A stretch of DNA of 59,172 nucleotides, filler included. It is 4 parts of 4 records of this genome, joined end to end, with 100 filler letters (N's around TTAATTAATTAA, not from the genome) between each part and the next. Parts side by side here need not be neighbours in the genome. Positions count along the whole stretch, not along the records: positions 1 to 12,884 come from SRR2962707_935; 3 more parts are not named here. The stretch is one strand, 5' to 3'. A program made the position numbers and the translations under genes. Under the pieces are notes generated by a model. It saw nothing but the letters and a program-made list of their open reading frames with translations. It had not been told where the DNA came from and did not search any database. Positions 1 through 10,460 of this stretch are shown here, piece after piece (position 1 is the stretch's first letter; every line of letters starts with the position of its first letter).

Positions 1-1
1 A

Positions 2-958
2 GCCGTCAGCGAAGCCGACAAGATGCTCGGTCAGACCGAAAGCCGCGCTCTGACCGCGGCTGGTGCGATGCGCGAAAGCGTTCGTGAAGCCATCGAAGAC
101 GCGATTGCCCGCTTCTCCGGCGCCACCGAAGAAATCCGCCAGTCGGCAACCAGCATCCGCAAGGAACTGGAAGACACCAGAGGCGAACTCAAGCGCGGTG
201 CGTTTGATCTGCCCGAGGAAACCCGCGAAAGTGCCGCAGCCATGCGGCGCGCGGTGTCCGACCAGATCAAGGCGCTGCAGGAGCTCTCCCAGATCGTCGG
301 CCAGTCAGGCTACCGCACCGAGGTCAGCGAACCGGCATCCCGGCCTGCTCCACGCGCCACAGCGCAACAGCAACCGGCGCCAGCTCCACAGCGTGTAGCG
401 CGTCGTGAAGAACCGGCTCCGGCACCCGCTCCGCGTGCCGAGCAGCAAGCCCAGCGTGCGCCTCTGCGCGGCAGCCTCGAGCCTGCGGGCGCAGCTCCGG
501 CAAAGAGCGATGGCTGGGTCAGCGATCTTCTGCGCGGCGCATCGCGTGAGGAACAGGTCCTCGCCCCTGCACCGGTCGCAAAGCCGGCTCCTGAGCGCAA
601 TCCGCGCCATGTCGTCGAATCGCTCAATTCGCTTTCGGTCGACATTGCCCGCGCCATCGATCACGATGCCTCGGTCGATCTGTGGCGGCGCTATCAGCGC
701 GGCGAACGCGACGTCTTCACCCGGCGGCTTTATACGCTCAAGGGCCAGCAGACGTTTGAAGAGATCAAGACCAAATACGGTCGCGAACCAGAGTTCCGCG
801 ATGCAGTGGATCGCTACATCGCCGACTTCGAAAAGCTCTTGTCGGATGTCGCGCGCAACGACCGCGACAACATGATGACCCAGACCTATCTGACGTCGGA
901 TACCGGCAAGGTCTACACCATGCTGGCCCATGCCAGCGGCCGCTTCGGCAAGGACTGA
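2..958 (+). CDS. C-terminal fragment of large polar-growth protein (RgsE/GPR, TipN-like; often annotated apolipoprotein/kinesin-like), 5' truncated
   Basis: Frame is open from the window start. Helical repeat region, Pro/Ala-rich linker, then C-terminal domain SLNSLSVDIARAIDHDASVDLWRRYQRGERDVFTRRLYT...YLTSDTGKVYTMLAHASGR typical of this Rhizobiales family. Confidence 0.75.
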   Translation, partial: AVSEADKMLGQTESRALTAAGAMRESVREAIEDAIARFSGATEEIRQSATSIRKELEDTRGELKRGAFDLPEETRESAAAMRRAVSDQIKALQELSQIVGQSGYRTEVSEPASRPAPRATAQQQPAPAPQRVARREEPAPAPAPRAEQQAQRAPLRGSLEPAGAAPAKSDGWVSDLLRGASREEQVLAPAPVAKPAPERNPRHVVESLNSLSVDIARAIDHDASVDLWRRYQRGERDVFTRRLYTLKGQQTFEEIKTKYGREPEFRDAVDRYIADFEKLLSDVARNDRDNMMTQTYLTSDTGKVYTMLAHASGRFGKD

Positions 959-980
959 TAACAGCTTGCCTGAACAATTG

Positions 981-1007
981 AAAAACCCGCCGTGAGGCGG
1001 GTTTTTT
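981..1007. terminator. Bidirectional rho-independent terminator
   Basis: AAAAACCCGCC-GTGA-GGCGGGTTTTTT hairpin flanked by A and T tracts, 22 nt after the stop codon, between convergent genes. Confidence 0.9.
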
Positions 1008-1320
1008 GTTGGGTCGAGCAGATGCTCAGATGGCAGTGAGGCGCGGTGTCGCCAATACCGTCGCATCCCCTTACATGTGCGCCGCGACGGCATTTGACCG
1101 CGATGTCCTCAATCTCGATATCGTCATGGACTTCGGCGGCGGGGTCGCGCCCCTGACCAGCAGCGGTTCAATGGCCTCGCAGATCATGCGGAAACGTAGA
1201 AGCAAACCGCGTTGTCCGGAACCGGGTTGATGCGACGCGCCTTAGGGGAAACTTCTTACTCGTCTCGAACCTGAATGAGGATGGCCACAAGAAGGCCCGC
1301 AGGAGCAACAGTTTCGCCGA

Positions 1321-1914
1321 TCAGATCCGCGACAAGGTCCAGCTGACAAGATCCTGCACCACAGCCTCGAAGGCGCGGTCGAGCGATTGCACATAGGCCG
1401 CGTTGCCGGTGCCGCGGACCGGCTCGGTCGAGCGGAAAACCTTGCTCGCCACTACCACGCCATTGCGGTCATTGAGCACCTTCACCGACAATTCGACAAC
1501 TGCCAGCTCGCCGCGGTCGGCCCTGATTTCAAAGGCGCGGATGGCGCTGATGACGTTGTAGTCAATCGCCAGCCCGTCGCCAGGACGGCCAACGCCGCCT
1601 ACCCCGCCGGAGTTCTCGAACGCCTGAACCAGCTTGTCCTGCACAATGTTGGGCAGCCTGTCAGACCACTGCGATTTTGCCAGATACTCGATCGCCGCAG
1701 GCGATGTGCGGATAACGATCTTCTCACTGTCGAGCGCCTTGAGCGCAGTCGGCACGGAGATCAGGATCTGGCGGTTGCGTGCGCTGCCGCCAGTAACAAC
1801 CGGTGCGGCAGACAGGCCATAGGTATCAGGAGGTGTGCTCGGGATAAGTCCGCCCGCGCATCCGGATAGAACCGTGGTCATCGCCAATGCAGCAATCCAA
1901 AGACCCGCTCTCAC
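1321..1914 (-). CDS. ABC-type transport auxiliary lipoprotein (PqiC-like)
   Basis: Lipobox VLSG-C; W-SD-P motif (SQWSDRLPNIVQ); last gene of the MCE operon. GTG at 1914 chosen because AGGAGT lies upstream (ORF track extends to 1998). Confidence 0.85.
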   Translation of the reverse strand: MRAGLWIAALAMTTVLSGCAGGLIPSTPPDTYGLSAAPVVTGGSARNRQILISVPTALKALDSEKIVIRTSPAAIEYLAKSQWSDRLPNIVQDKLVQAFENSGGVGGVGRPGDGLAIDYNVISAIRAFEIRADRGELAVVELSVKVLNDRNGVVVASKVFRSTEPVRGTGNAAYVQSLDRAFEAVVQDLVSWTLSRI

Positions 1915-1994
1915 GCTTACGCCACTCCTCAAAGCCACAACCCGGCCTTTTAGCACTTCGTTAACTATTGTCTTGCGACGCTGGGTGGAAAGAG

Positions 1995-3365
1995 TCAACG
2001 CCGGTTTCGCCCATCATATTGTTTGACGGTTTCTCCACCGAAAATCAGCCGTTGCGGGTCTTGCTCGATTGATGTGATTGATTGCTCGATGCGCTGGATT
2101 GAACGCCGCGCATCATTGACCAGGGCTTCGACATTGCGCAGTCCCGGCCCGGAGAACCGCTGCAGATTGTCGGCAATCGGCCCGACACGGGCGTTCAGCG
2201 AATCGGCCACATCGCGGAATGACTTCAGTGTCGCCTCGGCATCGGCGAGCAGGTTGGATGCGTCACCTTCGCCCAGGAAACCATCGACCTTGGCCAGCAC
2301 GCCATCGACCCTTGCCGAAGCCGCATTGAGCGTTGCGGTCAGCTCCTTGGCGTTGGTGATGATGAGATCGTAATCCTCCTTGCGGGCGCTGAACGTCTCG
2401 ACCACACCGCGGGCATCGGCAAGCGCCTTTTGCGCATCCGCGCTGGCAAGCGCGATGTTGTCCATTGTCTGGCCGACCTTTGCGGGGTCGATCGACGAAA
2501 TCACCTTGTCGACCTTGTCGAGCGACGCACCGGCATCAGCTGCAAATGTTTGCAGCGAGGCTGCAGCGCTGCTGAAACTCTCAAGTGTCTTGGTGATTTC
2601 GCCCGACGCGCCGGCGACATCCGTGGTTACCTTGTCGACATTGGCAAGAATGCTGTCGATTTTCACCGGATCAATCGAATTGAGCAGGTTCTCCGCCGAG
2701 GCAAGGGCTGTGTCGATCCGGCCGGACAGGGATTTCACCGTCTCAGCCAGATTGCCGACACTCTTGAGAAAACCGTCGATACCATCGGCATTGTCACGCA
2801 GAGCGGCGGTGAAAACCTCGGTGTTTTTCAATGTCTCGGTGAGCGGTGATCTTGCATCCTTGATGAAGCCTTCAACCTCGCCGATCACCCGGTTGGCGCG
2901 GTTGAGAATGTCATCGGCAGTTGCCAGCAGGTTGGTGACACCGGACGGATCGGCTTCAATGATCGCCACTTCATTGAGTTCGCGCGCCCGTGTCAGGATA
3001 TTCGGATTGCTCGGCGATCCGCCTTGCAACTCGATATAGGCCGACCCCGTAAGCCCCTGAATTTCCAGTGCTGCACGGGTGTCGGTATAGATCGGCGCAT
3101 CGGCCTGCACTGTCGTTTCCGCGATCACGAAATCCGGGCTGTCGGGGTCGATACTGATCCGCCGGATCACCCCGTAGGGTATGCCGTTGAAGCGGACCGG
3201 TGAACCATTGGACAGGCCGTTGGCGGATCCCGAAATGCGCACGATCAGCGGTGCCGTCTCGCCGGAATTGCCAAACCGCGCCATCCAGTAGACGAAACCG
3301 AACGCCGACAGCATCACCACGAGAGTAAAAAAGCCGACAATGGCGTAATTGGCCCGCGTTTCCAT
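1995..3365 (-). CDS. mlaD: MlaD/MCE family substrate-binding protein with long helical C-terminus
   Basis: METRANYAIVGFFTL start, single TM helix, MCE motif GLSNGSPVRFNGIPYG and QGLTGSAYIELQGG. Confidence 0.9.
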   Translation of the reverse strand: METRANYAIVGFFTLVVMLSAFGFVYWMARFGNSGETAPLIVRISGSANGLSNGSPVRFNGIPYGVIRRISIDPDSPDFVIAETTVQADAPIYTDTRAALEIQGLTGSAYIELQGGSPSNPNILTRARELNEVAIIEADPSGVTNLLATADDILNRANRVIGEVEGFIKDARSPLTETLKNTEVFTAALRDNADGIDGFLKSVGNLAETVKSLSGRIDTALASAENLLNSIDPVKIDSILANVDKVTTDVAGASGEITKTLESFSSAAASLQTFAADAGASLDKVDKVISSIDPAKVGQTMDNIALASADAQKALADARGVVETFSARKEDYDLIITNAKELTATLNAASARVDGVLAKVDGFLGEGDASNLLADAEATLKSFRDVADSLNARVGPIADNLQRFSGPGLRNVEALVNDARRSIQRIEQSITSIEQDPQRLIFGGETVKQYDGRNRR

Positions 3366-4213
3366 CAGATGACTTCGCTTTTCTGGCCGCTTGAGAGCTG
3401 CGTGCCGGTATCGACGAGTGGTGTGCGCTTGGGGATCATTCGCGCCCGCTTGCCCTTGAAGTAGGACTGAACCCACGGATCGTCAAATGAAAGCATGTCC
3501 TCAATTGTTCCTTCCACAAGCACCCGCTTCTGCCCCAGCACCGCGATACGATCGCAAACCGAAAACAAGCTGTCCAGATCATGAGTCACCATGTAGACCG
3601 TAAGCCCCAGCGTATCACGCAATTGCCCGATCAGTTCATCGAACTCCGCAGCGCCGATCGGATCAAGTCCCGATGTCGGCTCGTCCAGGAACACCAGGTC
3701 CGGATCAAGCGCCAGTGCCCGCGCCAGTGCTGCCCGCTTGATCATCCCGCCTGACAGTTCTGAGGGATATTTGTCCACCGCATCGGGCGCCAGTCCGACC
3801 ATTGCCACCTTCAACTCGGCCAGTTCGTCCATCAGCGATTGCGGCAGATCCAGATATTCGCGCATCGGCACCTGGATGTTTTCACGCACCGTCAGCGCAG
3901 AAAACAGCGCCCCGTGCTGAAACAGCACCCCGAGCCGCATATCGAGTTCCATCCTCTTCGCCTCGTCAACCTGGTCGTAGTCTTCGCCCAGAACGCGGAT
4001 CATCCCATTCTGCCGAGGGATCAACCTGAGAATGGCCCGCATCAGCACCGATTTACCGGTCCCTGACCCGCCGACAAATCCAAGAATTTCGCCGCGATAG
4101 ACATCCAGATCGAGTTTGTCGAGCACCACGTTGCTGCCGAAGGCAACTGTGATGTCGTGCGCTGAAAGGATCACTTCGCGCTTGGTCGAGGGGGACTGAT
4201 TGGGTGGCATCAT
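3365..4213 (-). CDS. mlaF: MlaF-type ABC transporter ATP-binding protein
   Basis: Walker A GGSGTGKS, signature LSGGM, DEPTSGLDP; GAGGT RBS before the ATG at 4213. Confidence 0.92.
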   Translation of the reverse strand: MMPPNQSPSTKREVILSAHDITVAFGSNVVLDKLDLDVYRGEILGFVGGSGTGKSVLMRAILRLIPRQNGMIRVLGEDYDQVDEAKRMELDMRLGVLFQHGALFSALTVRENIQVPMREYLDLPQSLMDELAELKVAMVGLAPDAVDKYPSELSGGMIKRAALARALALDPDLVFLDEPTSGLDPIGAAEFDELIGQLRDTLGLTVYMVTHDLDSLFSVCDRIAVLGQKRVLVEGTIEDMLSFDDPWVQSYFKGKRARMIPKRTPLVDTGTQLSSGQKSEVI

Positions 4214-4223
4214 CAGATCAACC

Positions 4224-5414
4224 TCAAAAATCGATAGCGGCGTAGAACATCGCGAACAGGCCATCTACGAGGATCACAACGAAAATCGCCTTCACCACTG
4301 AAGCCGTCACGCGCCGCCCCAGCGATTCGGCGCTGCCGCCAACCTTCATGCCCTCAACCGAGGCAACAATGCCGATGATCAGCGCCATGAAGGGTGCCTT
4401 GATCATGCCCGACGTCACCGTGGTTATGTCGATTGCTTCGCGCAGGCGGGTGATGAAGACATCCGGCGTGATCCCCGAATAGCTCCATGATACCGCCGCA
4501 GCACCCGCCAATGCAGAAAAATTGGCCACCACGGTCAACAGCGGCAGAGCCACGGTCAACGCCACCAGCCGCGGAAACACCAGCACGCCTATGGGGTTCA
4601 GACCCATCACCTTGAGCGCGTCGATCTCCTCTCGCATCTTCATCGAGCCGATTTCAGCGGTGATCGCGCTACCCGACCGGCCGGCGATCATGATCGCGGT
4701 CAACAACACGCCGATTTCGCGCAATTGCAGAATGCCGACGAGGTCGACGACAAACACTTCCGCACCGAAATATCTGAGCTGAAACGCACCCTGCTGGGCA
4801 ATGATGGCGCCGATCAGAAAGCTCATCAGCATGATGATCGGCACGGCGCGAACGCCCATCCGGTCGATATGGGTGACAATGGATGCCGGGGAGATGCCTG
4901 ACGACCGGTTCAGCTTGAGCTGGGCGCCGCGAACAGCCGATCCCAGAATATACAGCGATGCGACAAAGTCGTCGTAAAGCTCGTACATTCCCTTGCCGAC
5001 CGGCGCGAAGATGCGTTCAAATCGCGGCGCAACCGGTGCCTGTCCGCCTGCATTGCGCTGGCTCAGGTCAGGCAATGCATCGATCAGGGACCTGGCTTGA
5101 TCCGAGGCGCCGACAAGCTGCACATCGGCACCTTTTGCACCGGCGGCAAGCATCGTCTTGCGCACCAGCCACGCCCCGGCAGTATCAAAATGAACAAGAT
5201 CGGACAGGTCGATCTGCAATGGTTTGCCCGAAAGGTTTGCCTGAATCTCCAGCATTTTGCCGCAAACGCCGGATATCGCCGCATGTCGCCAATCGCCGGA
5301 AAGAACAAGCGTCTCCGCGTCGGCTGCAGCATGATGCTCAAGCTTCGCCGTCAGCTTCTTGCGATCCCCGGCGCGGGTATCGCCACTTGTATCTTTTTGC
5401 TGTTTGGTCAACAT
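4224..5414 (-). CDS. mlaE: MlaE-family permease with N-terminal STAS domain
   Basis: STAS-like DLSDLVHFDTAGAW; REIGVLLTAIMIAGRSGSAITAEIGSMKMREEIDALKVMG MlaE motif. Confidence 0.92.
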   Translation of the reverse strand: MLTKQQKDTSGDTRAGDRKKLTAKLEHHAAADAETLVLSGDWRHAAISGVCGKMLEIQANLSGKPLQIDLSDLVHFDTAGAWLVRKTMLAAGAKGADVQLVGASDQARSLIDALPDLSQRNAGGQAPVAPRFERIFAPVGKGMYELYDDFVASLYILGSAVRGAQLKLNRSSGISPASIVTHIDRMGVRAVPIIMLMSFLIGAIIAQQGAFQLRYFGAEVFVVDLVGILQLREIGVLLTAIMIAGRSGSAITAEIGSMKMREEIDALKVMGLNPIGVLVFPRLVALTVALPLLTVVANFSALAGAAAVSWSYSGITPDVFITRLREAIDITTVTSGMIKAPFMALIIGIVASVEGMKVGGSAESLGRRVTASVVKAIFVVILVDGLFAMFYAAIDF

Positions 5415-5514
5415 GCCTCACACATAACGGCTCGTCTTGGACCTGTCACCGGACAGCGGCGGGATTAGGGCCGGAGTTACCAGTCTATCGACCCTTTTTT
5501 ACGGACCCGTTGCA

Positions 5515-6498
5515 ATGCCCCGACACCTCAGCGCCAAGATCGACAGTTTTCCCCTTAAAAAAGCGTTCAACATTTCCCGTGGCGCCAAGACTGCGGCCGA
5601 TGTGGTGACCTGCACCATTAGCGAGAACGGCGCCAGCGGACGCGGCGAATGTGTGCCCTACAAACGCTATGGCGAAACCGTTGAAGGTGTGATGAGCGCA
5701 ATCGAAGCTCTGGCAGGACCGATCTCCGAAGGGATGACCCGGCAGGAGCTGCAAACCGCCATGAAGCCCGGCGCTGCACGCAATGCCATCGATTGCGCCC
5801 TGTGGGATCTCGAGGCCAAGCTGAGCGGTGTGCGCGTGTCCACGTCGGCCTGCCACATCCTGCCGCGACCGGTTGCCACCGCCGTCACCATTTCACTTGG
5901 TGATCCGGCTGACATGGCCGATGAAGCCCGCGCCCACTCGTCGCAGAAGCTGCTCAAGGTCAAGGTCGGAACCTCCGATGACCGTGCCCGCATGCATGCC
6001 GTGGCCAGTGCTGCGCGCGATGCGGAAATCATTCTCGACGCCAATGAGGGCTGGGACGAGAGCAACATTCGCGAACATCTGCTGCTTGCCGCTGAACTGC
6101 ATATCGGACTGATCGAACAGCCCTTGCCAGCCGGCAAGGACGAAATTCTCGCTCATATCCCGCATCCGGTGCCGATCTGCGCCGATGAAAGCGTCCACAC
6201 GATTGCCGACCTGCAATCCCTGTCCGACCGCTATGACGCGATCAACATCAAGCTCGACAAGACCGGCGGCCTCACCGAGGCCTTGCTGATGCGCGACCGC
6301 GCCCGTGAACTGGGCTTTGGCGTGATGGTCGGCTGCATGGTCGGCTCGTCGCTGGCCATGGCGCCGGCAGTATTGCTGGCCCAGGATGCCGACTGGGTGG
6401 ATCTCGATGGCCCGTTGCTGATGGCAAAGGACCGAACGCCGGGTCTTGTCTATTCCGGCTCGCTCGTTTCGCCTCCCTCGCCTGATCTTTGGGGATAG
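5515..6498 (+). CDS. dgcA: N-acetyl-D-Glu racemase / L-Ala-D/L-Glu epimerase (enolase superfamily)
   Basis: FNISRG, KVKVG, DANEGW, EQP, ADES, NIKLDKTGGLT, DLDG motifs of the dipeptide epimerase subgroup. Confidence 0.8.
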   Translation: MPRHLSAKIDSFPLKKAFNISRGAKTAADVVTCTISENGASGRGECVPYKRYGETVEGVMSAIEALAGPISEGMTRQELQTAMKPGAARNAIDCALWDLEAKLSGVRVSTSACHILPRPVATAVTISLGDPADMADEARAHSSQKLLKVKVGTSDDRARMHAVASAARDAEIILDANEGWDESNIREHLLLAAELHIGLIEQPLPAGKDEILAHIPHPVPICADESVHTIADLQSLSDRYDAINIKLDKTGGLTEALLMRDRARELGFGVMVGCMVGSSLAMAPAVLLAQDADWVDLDGPLLMAKDRTPGLVYSGSLVSPPSPDLWG

Positions 6499-6749
6499 GT
6501 TTCGGTTCAACCGCGCAGCCACTGCTGAACCATCAAACCGGTTCCATTTGCCCCCGAACGGCTCTAGAACAGATTCTGCCTGTTAAAACGGTTAGCAGAG
6601 GGGGAATTGGCATGACTTCAGGATGGATCAGCACGTTTGATGCTGAGCTGACGCGAAACGCCGGTGTTTGCCTTCCCCGCAGAGATTGTTGACCCCGTCG
6701 AATTGACCGCGTCCGAGCCCCCATATCACTCAGTAAAGAAGACCCGCAG

Positions 6750-9065
6750 ATGACCTCAACAGACAACAAGCGTTCCGCCGATCCGAAACCTTCCAGCGGT
6801 GATCTCGACGAGAACGCTCTGTTTTATCATCGTTATCCGCGGCCGGGGAAACTCGAGATCCAGGCCACCAAGCCGCTTGGCAACCAGCGCGATCTGGCGC
6901 TCGCCTATTCGCCCGGCGTTGCCGCACCCTGCCTGGCCATCCGCGACAATCCTGATGCAGCCGCGGCTTACACCGCACGCGCAAACCTCGTGGGAGTGGT
7001 TTCCAACGGCACTGCCGTGCTCGGGCTTGGCAATATCGGTCCGCTCGCTTCCAAGCCGGTGATGGAAGGCAAGGCCGTGCTGTTCAAGAAATTCGCCGGC
7101 ATCGACGTTTTCGACATCGAGATCGACGCGCCTGATGTCGATCGCATGGTCAGCGTCATTTCCGCACTTGAACCAACCTTCGGCGGCATCAATCTCGAAG
7201 ACATCAAATCGCCGGAGTGCTTCGAGGTCGAACAGCAACTGCGCGAAATCATGGACATTCCGGTGTTCCATGATGACCAGCACGGCACTGCGATCATCGT
7301 CGCCTCCTGCATCCTCAACGGACTTGAGCTGGCCGGAAAGAAGATCGAGGACGCCAAGATCGTCACATCGGGTGCTGGCGCTGCAGCGCTTGCCTGCCTC
7401 AACCTTCTGGTGGCGCTGGGCGCCAGGCGCGAGAACATCTGGGTGCACGACATCGATGGCCTTGTCTATGAGGGCCGCGAAGTGATGATGGACCGGTGGA
7501 AATCGGTCTATGCACAGAAATCCGACAACCGGGTGCTGACGGACTCAATCGGCGGCGCCGACGTGTTCTTGGGCCTCTCTGCCGCAGGTGTGCTCAAACC
7601 TGAAATGCTCGCCACCATGGCCGAGCATCCGCTGATCATGGCGCTCGCCAACCCATCGCCTGAAATCATGCCCGATGATGCCCGTGCGGCGCGCCCCGAC
7701 GCGATGATCTGCACCGGACGTTCGGATTTCCCCAATCAGGTCAACAACGTCCTGTGCTTCCCCTATATCTTCCGCGGCGCGCTTGATTGCGGTGCGCGCA
7801 CCATCAATGAAGAAATGAAGATGGCCGCGGTCCGCGCCATTGCAGCACTTGCCAAGGAAGAGCCCTCCGACATTGCGGCCCGCGCCTATTCCGGCGAGAC
7901 GCCGGTGTTCGGTCCGGAATACCTGATCCCCTCTCCCTTCGATCAGCGGTTGATCCTCAGGATCGCGCCGGCTGTGGCCGAAGCCGCGGAAAAATCAGGC
8001 GTCGCACGTCGTCCAATTGCCGACATGGATGCCTATGTCGATCAGCTCAACCGCTTCGTCTTCCGCTCCGGCCTGATCATGAAGCCGCTGTTCACAGCCG
8101 CCAAGGCCGCCACCAAAAAGCGGGTGATCTTTGCCGAAGGCGAGGACGAACGCGTACTGCGCGCCGCCCAGGTGCTGCTTGAGGAAGGCATCGCCGAGCC
8201 GATCCTGATCGGTCGCCCGGGGATCATTGAATCCCGCCTGCAACGCTTTGGCCTCCGGATCAGACCCGGCGTCGATTTCGCCGTGACCAATCCTGAAGAG
8301 GATCCGCGGTTTCGCGACTATGTAGACGATTATTTTTCGATTGTCGGCCGCAAGGGCGTCATTCCAGAAGCCGCGCGCACCATCATCCGCACCAATTCCA
8401 CCGTCATTGGCGCCTTGTCGTTGCGCCGCGGGGAAGCGGATGCACTGATTTGCGGACTTGAGGGGCGCTACACCCGCCATCTTCGCGACGTCTCGCAGAT
8501 CATTGGCAAGCGCGACGGAGTCATCGACTACTCGGCCCTCAGCCTGCTGATCTCGCAGCGTGGCGCGACGTTCTTCACCGACACCTACGTCTCCTTTGAC
8601 CCGTGTGCCGAGGAAATCGCCGAGACCACCATCATGGCAGCCCAGGAAATCCGCCGCTTCGGTATCAACCCGAAGGCGGCTCTGCTCTCGCACTCCAATT
8701 TTGGATCGCGGGATTCCGAAAGTGCCGACAAGATGCGCAGGGCACTGAAAATCATCCGCTCGCTGGAACCGGATCTCGAAGTCGATGGCGAAATGCACGG
8801 CGATTCTGCAATCTCCGAAGCGTTGCGCCGCCGCGTCATGCCAGACAGCACCCTGACCGGCGAAGCCAACCTGCTTGTCTTCCCCGATCTGGACGCTGCC
8901 AACATTGCCCTTGGCGTGGTCAAGACCATGACCGAAGCCCTGCATGTCGGGCCGATCCTGCTTGGCACAGCCCTGCCCGCGCACATCCTGTCTCCGTCGG
9001 TCACATCGCGTGGCGTGGTCAACATGGCGGCGCTGGCTGTAGTGGAAGCCTCCTCTGCCGACTGA
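6750..9065 (+). CDS. dme: Malic enzyme with C-terminal phosphotransacetylase-like domain (Dme/MaeB type)
   Basis: [49 protein letters not shown] domain FAEGEDERV and DGEMHGD; sequence closely resembles rhizobial Dme as recalled. Confidence 0.9.
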   Translation: MTSTDNKRSADPKPSSGDLDENALFYHRYPRPGKLEIQATKPLGNQRDLALAYSPGVAAPCLAIRDNPDAAAAYTARANLVGVVSNGTAVLGLGNIGPLASKPVMEGKAVLFKKFAGIDVFDIEIDAPDVDRMVSVISALEPTFGGINLEDIKSPECFEVEQQLREIMDIPVFHDDQHGTAIIVASCILNGLELAGKKIEDAKIVTSGAGAAALACLNLLVALGARRENIWVHDIDGLVYEGREVMMDRWKSVYAQKSDNRVLTDSIGGADVFLGLSAAGVLKPEMLATMAEHPLIMALANPSPEIMPDDARAARPDAMICTGRSDFPNQVNNVLCFPYIFRGALDCGARTINEEMKMAAVRAIAALAKEEPSDIAARAYSGETPVFGPEYLIPSPFDQRLILRIAPAVAEAAEKSGVARRPIADMDAYVDQLNRFVFRSGLIMKPLFTAAKAATKKRVIFAEGEDERVLRAAQVLLEEGIAEPILIGRPGIIESRLQRFGLRIRPGVDFAVTNPEEDPRFRDYVDDYFSIVGRKGVIPEAARTIIRTNSTVIGALSLRRGEADALICGLEGRYTRHLRDVSQIIGKRDGVIDYSALSLLISQRGATFFTDTYVSFDPCAEEIAETTIMAAQEIRRFGINPKAALLSHSNFGSRDSESADKMRRALKIIRSLEPDLEVDGEMHGDSAISEALRRRVMPDSTLTGEANLLVFPDLDAANIALGVVKTMTEALHVGPILLGTALPAHILSPSVTSRGVVNMAALAVVEASSAD

Positions 9066-9216
9066 AGAGGCCTCTTGCCGGTTATACGCCGGAGTTAAGG
9101 TAAACATTGAGTTGTGATTGGAGCAGGCAGCATCAGGCGCTAGTATAAGACTGTTAGGTTATCTCGGGTATGACTTGGGTAGCTGACGATGTTTTGTATG
9201 TGTGTTGGAGTTGATG

Positions 9217-10392
9217 ATGCGTCGCGTTTGGTTTCGCAGTTCCCTGGCTGTGGTCGTGCTTGCCCTCACCGGGAGCGGCGCGGCGGCGGAAGCGTCTGCA
9301 GTATGCGCACGGCTGCAGACACAACTTGAAAACGTTTCTTCAAATGCGGGTATGTCTGAAAAATACCATCGCTATGCCGAAGCGGCTCAAAGCCAGTCGA
9401 TTCAGATCAATCAGGTCGTCGCCGATCTGAGCCGCTTCGACTGCTCTTCAGGAAGTATTGTCGTAAAGGGCGGCCAGAACGCCAAGGCCTGCGCCAAGCT
9501 CTCTGCGGCTTATGCCAAAATGCAAGCCAATCTCACAACACTTGAACGCAAGCGCGATTCCTTCGCCAACCAGGGGGACAAGACTGCCCGGCGGCGCATT
9601 CAGGCAGCACTCAGCGCCAATGATTGCAATGGCAGCCGGGCGTCAACCCAAGCTGCCGCGCGCAAGGGCAAGAAGGCCGCGCTGAAAGCCAGGTCACAGC
9701 GGAGTCCCAGCCTGGTCGCGGTATTGGGCAACGATGGCGACATTGACCGCGGCGTCACCGCCGCCCGGCAGACCGGTTCGCGCATCGTTATCGAACCGAG
9801 AGCGTCCCGCGGCGGCAATTACCGGACCTTGTGCGTCCGCAGTTGCGACGGCTTTTTCTTTCCTGTCTCTTCAGCGGCAGACCCGTCCGATTTCGCCCGC
9901 GATGAGCGGACCTGCCAGATGATGTGCCCCGGCACCCAGACCGCCTTGTATTTCCACAGCGCGCAGGGTCAGGAAAGCGAAGACATGGTCTCGGCTCGCA
10001 CCCATGAAGCCTACACCGAAATGCCCAACGCCTTTGCCTATCGCAATTCCAAGGCGCCAATAAGCAAGGCCTGCGGCTGCAACATGCGGGCGTTCTACAA
10101 CGAGATGCAACGCCGGGAGGCAATCCTCAACGGCACCAGCACCGGCGATGAGCCCGTAACGACCTGGGTTAGGCCATTCAACCGGCCAGATCCTGGAGAG
10201 GATCCGGAATCGATCCTCAACACCGAAATGCGCCTGAGCTCGGAAGATATCGCCGCAGTGCTGTCAGCCTCGACCGCGGAACGTGCCCTGACACAGGATC
10301 GTCAGCAGGTAAGAGTGGTGGGACCGGCCTTCCTTCCCGACCAATCAGAGCATCTGGATTTGAAATCCGGCACCCATTCGCTGATACGGTGA
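9217..10392 (+). CDS. Secreted DUF2865 domain protein
   Basis: Signal peptide; YRTLCVRSCDGFFFPVS...CQMMCPG...NAFAYR...CGC Cys pattern; GGAG before ATG. Confidence 0.8.
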   Translation: MRRVWFRSSLAVVVLALTGSGAAAEASAVCARLQTQLENVSSNAGMSEKYHRYAEAAQSQSIQINQVVADLSRFDCSSGSIVVKGGQNAKACAKLSAAYAKMQANLTTLERKRDSFANQGDKTARRRIQAALSANDCNGSRASTQAAARKGKKAALKARSQRSPSLVAVLGNDGDIDRGVTAARQTGSRIVIEPRASRGGNYRTLCVRSCDGFFFPVSSAADPSDFARDERTCQMMCPGTQTALYFHSAQGQESEDMVSARTHEAYTEMPNAFAYRNSKAPISKACGCNMRAFYNEMQRREAILNGTSTGDEPVTTWVRPFNRPDPGEDPESILNTEMRLSSEDIAAVLSASTAERALTQDRQQVRVVGPAFLPDQSEHLDLKSGTHSLIR

Positions 10393-10460
10393 GTGCCAGT
10401 TTCGCTCTCGCCTGAGCCTCTTGGATCAACGAGACACCGCGGGGTCGTCAGGATAGGGCT

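Noticed and set aside
1241..1285. Degenerate copy of the REP-like element (GTCTCGAA...GAGGATG)
   Set aside because: Only a short match, no paired arms, and on a different organism's contig
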